A program made the position numbers and the translations under genes. Below, in pieces: positions 28,870-37,211 of a stretch of DNA of 64,000 bases. The stretch is from an uncultured Gemmatimonadota bacterium (GTDB lineage: Bacteria; JAAXHH01). Every line of letters starts with the position of its first letter. Position 1 is the first letter of the stretch. The notes beneath the pieces are model-generated. The model ran no database searches. It was not told where the DNA came from and worked only from the letters and a program-made list of their open reading frames with translations. The stretch is taken from assembly GCA_951812955.1 (NCBI GenBank), contig OX638340.1, forward strand, positions 2,720,001 to 2,784,000. The letters run 5' to 3'.

Positions 28870-29254
28870 ATTCGTCTTTCGGGTTCGCGTCCTGACGGTT
28901 CCGGTAATCTTCGATTGCCGTCCGCACGCCGTCCGCGGCCATGGCGGAACAATGCATCTTGGTCGGCGGAAGTCCGCCCAGGGCATCTGCGATCGTTTTG
29001 TTTTCGATAGCTGCGGCCTGTTCGGTCGTCCTGCCGATCAACCATTCGGTGACCATGCTGCTTGCCGCAATAGAAGCGGCGCAGCCGAAGGTCCTGAACT
29101 TTGCGTCCGTGACGGTCCCGTCCGCGATCCGCAGATACAACGCAATGGTATTCCCGCTGATGGGGTTGCCCGCGTTGCCCACCCCGTCCGCGTCCGGCAG
29201 GTCTCCCACGTTGCGGGGAGAGCGAAAGTGATCCATCACGGTGGATGAGTACAT
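28841..29254 (-). CDS. iscU: IscU/NifU-like Fe-S scaffold homolog carrying a non-canonical first motif.
   Basis: Has the NifU_N layout with RNVG, GCAASIAASS and HCSAMAAD motifs. The canonical PACGD is replaced by PISGN (Cys to Ser, Asp to Asn), confirmed on the DNA (cccatcagcgggaat). Confidence 0.7.
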   Translation of the reverse strand: MYSSTVMDHFRSPRNVGDLPDADGVGNAGNPISGNTIALYLRIADGTVTDAKFRTFGCAASIAASSMVTEWLIGRTTEQAAAIENKTIADALGGLPPTKMHCSAMAADGVRTAIEDYRNRQDANPKDEYEAGKRQSY

Positions 29255-29264
29255 GAGACACGCC

Positions 29265-30437
29265 TTAACCGGGTACCTGCGCTGCGGAAACTTCTCGAAG
29301 GCGGGATACGATGCCGGGCAACCTGCTCATGACGTAGTCCACGTCCTCCATGGTATTGTCGTGCCCGAAGCTGAACCGGACCGAACCGAGTGCGGTGCGT
29401 GGGTCTCGGCCCAGCGCCAGCAACACGTGGGAAGGTTCGATGGCTCCCGATGTGCAGGCCGATCCGGTGGATACGGCAATTCCCGCGAGATCCAGGCTCA
29501 TGATCAGCGAATCGCCTTCCGCGCCGGAGAAGGAAACGTTCAACGTACCGGGCAGGCGCCGTTCCGGATGCCCGTTAATCCGCACGCCGTCGATCTCGAA
29601 CCGGATGCGCGCTTCCAGGGCGTCGCGCATCTCGGACAGATTCCGGAATTCGCGTTCCCGTTCTTCGGCGGCCAGTTCGGCGGCCTTGCCCAGCCCCACA
29701 ATGCCCACGGTGTTCTCCGTGCCTGATCGCACGTCGTTTTCGTGATGGCCGCCGTGGGCCGTGGGTTCGATCTCGACCCCATTGCGGATGTAGATGGCCC
29801 CCACGCCCTTGGGACCGTAGATCTTGTGGCCTGAAAGCGAAAGGAGGTCCGCATGCATCGCCTCCACGTCGACAGGCAGCTTGCCGGCGGACTGTACCGC
29901 GTCGGTGTGGAAGCACACGCCATTGTCCCGGGCGATCCTTCCGATTTCACCCACGGGCTGGACCGTGCCGATCTCATTGTTCGCGTGCATGATGCTGATG
30001 AGTATCGTATGGTCGGTCAGGGCGTCCGCCACCTGGCCGGGATCGATCCGGCCGTATTCGTCCACGGGAAGATAGGTCACTTCGAAGCCTTCCCGTTCGA
30101 GAAACCCGCAACTGTTCAGCACGGCCGAATGCTCTATATTCGTCGTGATAATGTGCCTGCCGAACGCCCTGCGGGTGTAGGCGATGCCCTTGAGCGCCAG
30201 GTTGTCGGACTCGGTGCCGCCGCTGGTGAAATAGATCTCACTGGGTCTTGCATTCACCAGGCCGGCTACCCGGGACCGCGCCTCTTCCACGGCAGAACGC
30301 GCCTCCTGTCCGTACCGGTGTATACTCGATGCATTGCCGAACCGGACTCTGAAGAACGGTTCCATCGCATCGTACACTTCGGGTCTGACCGGCGTGGTCG
30401 CGTTATGATCCAGATAGATGCTCGCCATGCAGATCAT
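29265..30437 (-). CDS. iscS: Cysteine desulfurase (NifS/IscS family).
   Basis: SLSGHKIYGPKGVGAIY is the PLP-lysine motif and SGSACTS the active-site cysteine loop. ATG at 30435-30437. Confidence 0.9.
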   Translation of the reverse strand: MICMASIYLDHNATTPVRPEVYDAMEPFFRVRFGNASSIHRYGQEARSAVEEARSRVAGLVNARPSEIYFTSGGTESDNLALKGIAYTRRAFGRHIITTNIEHSAVLNSCGFLEREGFEVTYLPVDEYGRIDPGQVADALTDHTILISIMHANNEIGTVQPVGEIGRIARDNGVCFHTDAVQSAGKLPVDVEAMHADLLSLSGHKIYGPKGVGAIYIRNGVEIEPTAHGGHHENDVRSGTENTVGIVGLGKAAELAAEEREREFRNLSEMRDALEARIRFEIDGVRINGHPERRLPGTLNVSFSGAEGDSLIMSLDLAGIAVSTGSACTSGAIEPSHVLLALGRDPRTALGSVRFSFGHDNTMEDVDYVMSRLPGIVSRLREVSAAQVPG

Positions 30438-30548
30438 GATCTCCGGGAAAGGGTGGAATCCAGCCCGATCATCAAGCGTGCCAAACGCCCCCTGAAACCG
30501 TTGCCACCTTAGCGCCCAACGGTCTTTGAAATTAGAGATAATCCATTG

Positions 30549-30621
30549 AAATGTCAAGCGTTATCGGGGTTTCACGGCATTCGCGCATTCGGGGAATGCT
30601 TACCGTCATCGCTTGACATTT
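30549..30621. promoter_or_regulatory. 12-bp perfect inverted repeat (aaatgtcaagcg ... cgcttgacattt) forming a pair of divergent TTGACA-N17-TAnTTT promoter-like elements between iscS(-) and the lipoprotein gene(+).
   Basis: Read directly. Each arm carries TTGACA followed 17 nt later by TAGTTT (plus strand) or TAATTT (minus strand). Confidence 0.35.
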
Positions 30622-30678
30622 CGGTCGAAAATCAGTAGTTTTCGTGTAACGATTATCCAGACCGGACAGGAGTAGCGC

Positions 30679-31308
30679 ATGCGTGAATTGACGTATTCAG
30701 CGGGACTGCTGGCGGCCATCCTACTGACGGGATGTACCCACAGCGTTAAATTGAACCCCCAGATCGGTCCCACGGCGAGTATTGCCAAGCCGGTTGAACT
30801 GAGGGTCGGTCTCTATATCCCGGAAGATGTCAGGGGGTACGTGATTACGGACAGGCCGGACCTCGAAAAGTTCGTGTTCGAAGTCGGCGAGTCCCTCGAA
30901 TCGATCGTTACCAGGTCGGCCGAACGTGTCTTCTCTCACGTTTCGATCATGGATGCGCAGCCGACGAGCGAAGTGATCGAGGAAAGAAGTCTTGACCTGG
31001 TCGCGATCCCGAAGGTCACGTCGGCCATGATGACGCTGAATCAGGAAGAAGGTCCGTTTCAAAACGACGCCCGGGGAAGTACGCTGCTCTCGTTGGAGTT
31101 GACGTTCTACGACGCGGAGATGATCCTGTACGCCACCGTAGGGGCGTCAGGCATGGGGATCGCATCGGAACGCATGGGCTTTTTCAGCAGGGGGCAGCGG
31201 GAATACGCCGTGTCCGTCGAAAACGCTCTGACAAACCTCAGCAACGACCTGGTGCGTCAGATGTACGGCAATTACGACATCCGCAAGAAGGGCGAGGGGC
31301 CGGAATAG
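30679..31308 (+). CDS. Hypothetical lipoprotein.
   Basis: MRELTYSAGLLAAILLTGC carries lipobox LTGC. RBS ggag precedes the start. Confidence 0.55.
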   Translation: MRELTYSAGLLAAILLTGCTHSVKLNPQIGPTASIAKPVELRVGLYIPEDVRGYVITDRPDLEKFVFEVGESLESIVTRSAERVFSHVSIMDAQPTSEVIEERSLDLVAIPKVTSAMMTLNQEEGPFQNDARGSTLLSLELTFYDAEMILYATVGASGMGIASERMGFFSRGQREYAVSVENALTNLSNDLVRQMYGNYDIRKKGEGPE

Positions 31309-31376
31309 CGCCGGAACCAGGCCGCGATGGACAGAATTTCGCCAGACTGACTTTCGTCAAACCCGGGTAACCTGAT

Positions 31377-32090
31377 ATGGCAGGATTCTCCCGCCGAGAC
31401 CGTTGGATTTACAGTCTCTATGCCAGGTGGTGCCGATACCGCACCGCGCCGTTCAGCCTGTCCGAAATCCGCAATCGGCCGGTCCGGCTGCTTGTTTGCC
31501 TCCCGTCGAATCCCGAAGAAGCCCGTAAAGCGGTCGAAATCATCCCGGATCTGATTGCGTGTCTGGAGGCGGAGTCCGTTTCCGTGGTCGGCGAACCCGG
31601 GTCCGTTGCATATTGCGACCTGACGGATGAACGCATCAGCGTGGCACCATTGGACCGCGGCGCCCGATGGTGGTTCGGCCTGCCGTCCTCGGGGTTAGTG
31701 GACCGGTTGTCGGAAGAGGGGTTCAACCTGGCCGTCGATCTCAATCCTTGCGCTGAACTGCTTCCCGCGGTCCTGTGCCTGAGAACCGGCGCGCCGATAC
31801 GTCTGTGCCTGGACGATCCGCAACGCAGGTGCGTATTCAACGTGCAGGTCCTGCTCGCGGGAAAACATGACGGGGGCGGTAAGGACGCTGATCCGAGCGA
31901 GGCCGGTAAGGACGCCGATCCGCTGATCACGCCGGATCCTGCCCGGTCCGAAACACCCCTGGCCGGAATCGGCCCCTCTTCCGGGGACACGCCCTATGCT
32001 AGCCTGTTGCGGGTCGTACAGGCCGCCGTCCGTCCCGTGTCTCGTCCCGTATTTCAACTTGACAGTACGCCCCGAAGCCGGGATATTTAA
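31377..32090 (+). CDS. Hypothetical protein.
   Basis: 237-aa ORF co-directional with the downstream TPR genes. Contains a short imperfect tandem repeat (GGKDADPSEAGKDADP). Confidence 0.4.
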   Translation: MAGFSRRDRWIYSLYARWCRYRTAPFSLSEIRNRPVRLLVCLPSNPEEARKAVEIIPDLIACLEAESVSVVGEPGSVAYCDLTDERISVAPLDRGARWWFGLPSSGLVDRLSEEGFNLAVDLNPCAELLPAVLCLRTGAPIRLCLDDPQRRCVFNVQVLLAGKHDGGGKDADPSEAGKDADPLITPDPARSETPLAGIGPSSGDTPYASLLRVVQAAVRPVSRPVFQLDSTPRSRDI

Positions 32091-32172
32091 CGTAGTAAAT
32101 GGACAGGCCTTCCGTTTCCCATTCAACCAGGAATGGCTTGTCAACCAACCAAACCGATCCCGCCCTGGTCTT

Positions 32173-34686
32173 ATGTCCGCCCAGTCTTCGCGACCGCACC
32201 GGTGTCGTACCATCCTCGCCGGAATACTCCTGTCCTGCTGCCTGCTGAGTTCCACGGCAGTCACGATGACGTCTGACGCGCAGCCGGAATCCAGGCCTGT
32301 CGACACCCTGGATGCACTGCTCGCGGAAGGCATATCCCTCTACGATCAGCAGAAATTCGAGGAAGCGAAAGGGGTCTTCCAGGAAGCGGTGCGCCTGAAG
32401 AGCAGGTCAGGGGAAGCCCGCTACTGGCTGGGTGTCGCCCATTATGAACTGGGCGACGACAGGGAAGCGGCGAAACAACTGCGAATCGCCGTTCGGCACG
32501 AGCGGAAGAACCCGGATGTGCACTTTGCGCTGGGCCGGACGTATATGCGCATGAAGAACCGCATGGTCGACGCGCGCAAAAGCTTTAAGCAGGCCCTCCG
32601 GTACGATCCGGCACACTCTGAGGTGCACTACTTTCTCGGGATCGCGTACCTGACGCAGAGCAAGCGGGATCCCGCGGCTCCGCTTTACGTCCTGCAGGCC
32701 CGGAGATCATTCAGCCAGGCGGCTGCGGCGAATCCGCTGCACCCGGACGCCTACTACCGGTTGGGACTGTCCTACGAAAACCCTTCACGGGATTACAAGA
32801 AGGCGCTGGCCTTGTTCTACCGGCAGCTCATGGTAAAGCCCGATCACCGGGATGCGCTTTATCACCTGGAGAGATGCAGCTACCTGCTCAAGCAGTATCA
32901 GCAAGGCATCGATCTGCTGATGCAGGTGGTCGAAATCCACGGCGGCGACGTGCCGGACTACGTTCACACGTTGATCAACAAACTCAAGGCCACGATGCTG
33001 CAGTCCCAGAACCGGTTTGCCGAAGCGGATCAGGCCTACGAGGAATTCCTGGCGAAGGCAGAGCCGGAGGTACGCGTACACTACATGGACCTGGCCTACG
33101 TGGCGTCGGAGGAGGAATACCGGCAATACCGGGCTTTGGAAACGCAGGAAGACAAAGCGGAATTCAGACGCAGGTTCTGGGCGGCCCGCGATCCGAAGCC
33201 GGCCACCGCCGTGAACGAACGGCTGGTCGAACACTACCGGCGGGTCATGCATGCGCGTGAGCATTTCTCGGCGGGGCAGCAGCCATGGGATCGCCGCGGC
33301 GGAATCTACATTCGTTACGGGGAACCCGACGATCAGCAGCATTTCATCATGCAGACCGGCGAGAATGCCCTGAAGAACTACCAGCCGACCGGAGACGCCC
33401 GTATCGATGCGATCCGGGAGCGCAACTTCATGTGGAGATACCGTCTGAAGGTCGACAACGCCGGTTCGGAGTGGAGTGATCCGGCATTGCGCAGCACCCG
33501 CGATCCCGAAGCGGGAAATTACCTGCCCGAACTGGAGGAACAGCGCGTTTCAAGCTTCAACTACTTTCCGCCCAAGTCCGCGAAAACGCAGGCCCTTGGC
33601 TTCCTTGCCGAAAGCTGGGTATACCTCGAGCACGATCTCGAGTTGTTTTTCGTCGACCAGGTAGGGGTAGGCAAGTATGACTACCCGCTGCAGGTGCACG
33701 AGACGAACATCGCCGAAGCCGTCGTCCAGGACAATTATCACCCCAGGCGCCTCGCGGCCGCACTGATCAAGAAGACGCCGGAATCTTACGCCTTCGACTA
33801 CGGCGGCGTTCCGCTGCGGTTAATGTATGACATCGTGTCCTACAAGGGGAGCGGCGACCTGGCCGAAGTGGAAATCGCCTACATGGTTCCTGCCGAACAA
33901 CTGGAAACGGTGAATGACGGGCGGGGAATGCGCACCTGGTTCGACGGACACGTGGTGTTTCAGGATGACGAGTACAACCGCGTAGCCCAGACCTCCAGGC
34001 GTATCGGACCCATTGATCGGCCGCTTGTATCGGAGTCCGGAAGGGACGCGGGAATCGAACTGCACATGGGCATGATGGAGATGGAAGCGCCGCCCGGCAG
34101 CTACCGCGCCGCCATAGAGGTGCAGGACGAGGCCACCCGGCGTATCGGTATATTCGAACAGGCGTACGCCGTTCCGGAATATGACGGCGAAGCGCTGATG
34201 ATGAGCGATATCAAGCTGGCGGTGTCCATCGCGCCGGTCGACTCGATCCACGGCCCCTTCATACGCAACGGGCTTGAAATCGTACCGAATCCGGCGCGCA
34301 TGTACCAGCGCAGCGATCCCGTTCACTTCTACTACGAGATATACAATCTTACCCAGGCGGAATCCGGGCGAACGGCTTACCGGGTGGAGCTGGAAGTCAA
34401 GAACAAGGACCGGCCGCAGAACGTCTTCTGGCGTTTTCTGAAGGGTATAGACCGGCTGGTGCGGCGTTCGGACAACGAACAGTCCGTGCTCATGGTATTC
34501 GAAAACGAAGGAGACCGTCCGGACGAGTACAGTTACACCTCCATAGATACGGGCGCGACACCCACCGGCGCCTACGAAATGACGGTTCGTGTTCGGGACC
34601 TGCATTCCGGACAAACCGCCACACGGACGAAAGTCTTCGTCGTGACCAATGACCGGGTTTCGAAATCCGAGGCGCGCTCGGAATAA
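32173..34686 (+). CDS. Secreted TPR-repeat protein with a large C-terminal domain of unknown function (paralog A); possibly related to the GWxTD-domain family.
   Basis: The ATG at 32173 gives a signal-like N-terminus (ILAGILLSCCLLSSTAVT) and TPR repeats (YWLGVAHYELGD...). A conserved block RFWAARDPKPATAVNERLVEHYRR...PWDRRGGIYIRYGEPDD is shared with the next gene. Confidence 0.65.
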   Translation: MSAQSSRPHRCRTILAGILLSCCLLSSTAVTMTSDAQPESRPVDTLDALLAEGISLYDQQKFEEAKGVFQEAVRLKSRSGEARYWLGVAHYELGDDREAAKQLRIAVRHERKNPDVHFALGRTYMRMKNRMVDARKSFKQALRYDPAHSEVHYFLGIAYLTQSKRDPAAPLYVLQARRSFSQAAAANPLHPDAYYRLGLSYENPSRDYKKALALFYRQLMVKPDHRDALYHLERCSYLLKQYQQGIDLLMQVVEIHGGDVPDYVHTLINKLKATMLQSQNRFAEADQAYEEFLAKAEPEVRVHYMDLAYVASEEEYRQYRALETQEDKAEFRRRFWAARDPKPATAVNERLVEHYRRVMHAREHFSAGQQPWDRRGGIYIRYGEPDDQQHFIMQTGENALKNYQPTGDARIDAIRERNFMWRYRLKVDNAGSEWSDPALRSTRDPEAGNYLPELEEQRVSSFNYFPPKSAKTQALGFLAESWVYLEHDLELFFVDQVGVGKYDYPLQVHETNIAEAVVQDNYHPRRLAAALIKKTPESYAFDYGGVPLRLMYDIVSYKGSGDLAEVEIAYMVPAEQLETVNDGRGMRTWFDGHVVFQDDEYNRVAQTSRRIGPIDRPLVSESGRDAGIELHMGMMEMEAPPGSYRAAIEVQDEATRRIGIFEQAYAVPEYDGEALMMSDIKLAVSIAPVDSIHGPFIRNGLEIVPNPARMYQRSDPVHFYYEIYNLTQAESGRTAYRVELEVKNKDRPQNVFWRFLKGIDRLVRRSDNEQSVLMVFENEGDRPDEYSYTSIDTGATPTGAYEMTVRVRDLHSGQTATRTKVFVVTNDRVSKSEARSE

Positions 34687-34724
34687 TACTCGTCTTCATC
34701 CGCGCGCTTCAAGGACGGCGCAAC

Positions 34725-37097
34725 ATGTCCAGCTTGAGCATACTACCCCCCCTGCTTGTCCTGCTACTGCACGTAACGTGGTTGCCGCCCGTCGCCGCCC
34801 AGGAAGCGGAATCCCTCCTGGATCGGGCAAGGACACTGTATGGCGAAGGCGAATACCGGCGGGCGGAGTCCACACTGAGAGGCCTGCTCGAACGGCAACC
34901 CGGATCGCCGCAGGCCTTGCTGTGGCTGAGTCGCACGCTCGACCGGCTGGAACGGTATGACGAGGCCGAGCACGCCGTCAAGGAAGCGCTGAGGGCCGAC
35001 AGCGCTTCCCCGGAACCCCTCATACAACTTGCACGGGTCTACATGCTCAAAGACAAGAATAAAGAAGCGCGGAAGGTCCTGGACGAGGCCGAGAAGCTGG
35101 CGCCTGACAACGCGGACGTATTCTACTATCGCGGGCGCACCTATGGAAAGGTCAGGCTCTCGTTTTTCCGGCCCGGGACGGCCGAGCGGGAATCCCGGAT
35201 CCGGGACGCGTCCTTTCGGCGCGCCATCGAGTTGAACCCGATGCATCCCGATGCTTTATTTCAATTGGGATACGACATCGAAGAGAACAGAAACGATCCG
35301 GCAACCGCGATTGACTGGTATTTAAAGCAGGCGTCCGTAAATCCAGGACATGACGAAGCGGTCAAACGCCTGGCCATCTGTGCCATAAAGGCGAAGGACT
35401 ACCTGCAGGGATACCTGCTGCTGCAGCAGGTCGCCACGGCACAGGGTTCGGCCGTCAACCCCCTGATCGAAGGACTTGCGGGACAGCTCGAAGCCTACCA
35501 CTACCATACCCTCGACCAGCACGAACGAGCTTTCGTGGCCATGCGGCGATACGTCGCGGTCCTGTCGGAAGCCTATCCCGAAGAAGCGGCCGAGTTCAAG
35601 GATCTCTCTCTGGTGGCATCCTCGAAGGAAGCCGAAGCCTTTCGCGAAGCGTCGGAACAGGAAAGGACAGCGTTGTGGCGGACTTACTGGGCAGCCCGCG
35701 ATCCTGATCCGACCACGCGCATCAACGAACGGCTGGTGGAACACTACCGGCGGATGATCTATTCCAGGCTGCAGTTTTCAGGGGGCAAGGATCCCTGGGA
35801 CCGCCGAGGCGAGATCTATGTCCGGTTCGGTCATCCGGACGACCGTCAACAGTTCATCCTGAAATCCGGGGAGGACGTGATCCAGGCGATTTTCCCGACG
35901 GGGATCCGGGACGTGGACATGATCCGCGAACTCAGTCGGCAGCGACTCAATATGCAAGTCAGCACCGGGGCTCCGATCCAGGATTTCGGCGAATTCAGCG
36001 CGCGGGCCGGACGCGAGACCAAATCGGTCGCTTTCCCGACGGAAAGCTGGGTTTACGTCCCCTTCGGCCTGGAGATATTCTTCACCGACCAGCGTAATTC
36101 ACAGGTCTTCGACTACCCGCTCCAGGTGATTGACCTGCCTGACCTGGCGGGTAATTTCGGCACGACGGACCGACTGGCGTACAACTTCCTGAATACGCCG
36201 CGAAAACAGGCGGAGGAATTGGTCAGAAAGGTGTCCGAATACCATCGCCACGACTACGGCGGAGATCCACTCAACTTCGTATACTACCTCGCGTCATTCA
36301 AGGGCACCGATGGCGGGGTGGAGGTGGAAGTGGCCTACAGCGTTCCCTCGGTCCAGCTTGGCAACGTAGAAGATGGTCTCGGAGAACGGACCTGGCTGTC
36401 CGGGCGCCTCGCTCTCCAGGACATGGACTTCAACTTCGTTCAGGGGTTGCCTTTCAAGATGGGACCGCTTCGCCGCCCCGTGTCTGAGCAGGAAAATCTG
36501 CAACTCAGTACAGGAGCGTTCCGGTTCAGCGCGCGGCCCGGGGAGTACCGGTCCGCGGTTTCTCTGCGGGATTCGATTTCGCAGAAGTACGGCATCTTCA
36601 CGTCGCCGCTTCAAATTTCGGATTACAGCGCCAATCAGATGCTGCTGAGCGACATAAAGCTCGCCGCATCCATCGTTCCCACAGATGGAACGGGACTGCT
36701 CGTTCGCAACGGCCTTTCCATTACCCCTCACCCGGCACGCATCTATTCCCACGCGACGCCGGTGTACTTCTACTACGAGATCTACAATCTGGAACGGAAT
36801 GCCGACGGCCGGACAAGATTTCGTACGGAGCTGGAGATTGCCGCCAGGGAACCCAGACGGAACCTCGTATTCAGGCTCTTGACCAACCTGGGCCGGCTGG
36901 TCGGCCAGAGTTCCGATGACCAAACGACCTACACGACCTTCGAAGACGAGGGCACGTGGGTAGACGACTTCAAATACACGTCGATCGAAACGGAGGAACT
37001 GGATCCGGGAACCTACACCCTTACGCTGACCGTCACGGATCTCCATACCGGAGAGAAGGACATGAAGATGGTTGAATTCATAGTGGTCCGGGGATGA
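34725..37097 (+). CDS. Secreted TPR-repeat protein with a large C-terminal domain of unknown function (paralog B).
   Basis: Signal peptide (LLVLLLHVTWLPPVAAQEA) and TPRs. Shares with paralog A the blocks WRTYWAARDPDPTTRINERLVEHYRR...PWDRRGEIYVRFGHPDD and YFYYEIYNL. Confidence 0.65.
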   Translation: MSSLSILPPLLVLLLHVTWLPPVAAQEAESLLDRARTLYGEGEYRRAESTLRGLLERQPGSPQALLWLSRTLDRLERYDEAEHAVKEALRADSASPEPLIQLARVYMLKDKNKEARKVLDEAEKLAPDNADVFYYRGRTYGKVRLSFFRPGTAERESRIRDASFRRAIELNPMHPDALFQLGYDIEENRNDPATAIDWYLKQASVNPGHDEAVKRLAICAIKAKDYLQGYLLLQQVATAQGSAVNPLIEGLAGQLEAYHYHTLDQHERAFVAMRRYVAVLSEAYPEEAAEFKDLSLVASSKEAEAFREASEQERTALWRTYWAARDPDPTTRINERLVEHYRRMIYSRLQFSGGKDPWDRRGEIYVRFGHPDDRQQFILKSGEDVIQAIFPTGIRDVDMIRELSRQRLNMQVSTGAPIQDFGEFSARAGRETKSVAFPTESWVYVPFGLEIFFTDQRNSQVFDYPLQVIDLPDLAGNFGTTDRLAYNFLNTPRKQAEELVRKVSEYHRHDYGGDPLNFVYYLASFKGTDGGVEVEVAYSVPSVQLGNVEDGLGERTWLSGRLALQDMDFNFVQGLPFKMGPLRRPVSEQENLQLSTGAFRFSARPGEYRSAVSLRDSISQKYGIFTSPLQISDYSANQMLLSDIKLAASIVPTDGTGLLVRNGLSITPHPARIYSHATPVYFYYEIYNLERNADGRTRFRTELEIAAREPRRNLVFRLLTNLGRLVGQSSDDQTTYTTFEDEGTWVDDFKYTSIETEELDPGTYTLTLTVTDLHTGEKDMKMVEFIVVRG

Positions 37098-37211
37098 GGG
37101 GTTCGAGGTGGCCGATCACGTTCGCGGGATCATTACGTTTGGTTTTCTGATGCGCAGGACGGCCGGCAATCAGCCGGTACGCTTGGCTGATGTTACAAGC
37201 GGGTCGCGGCA

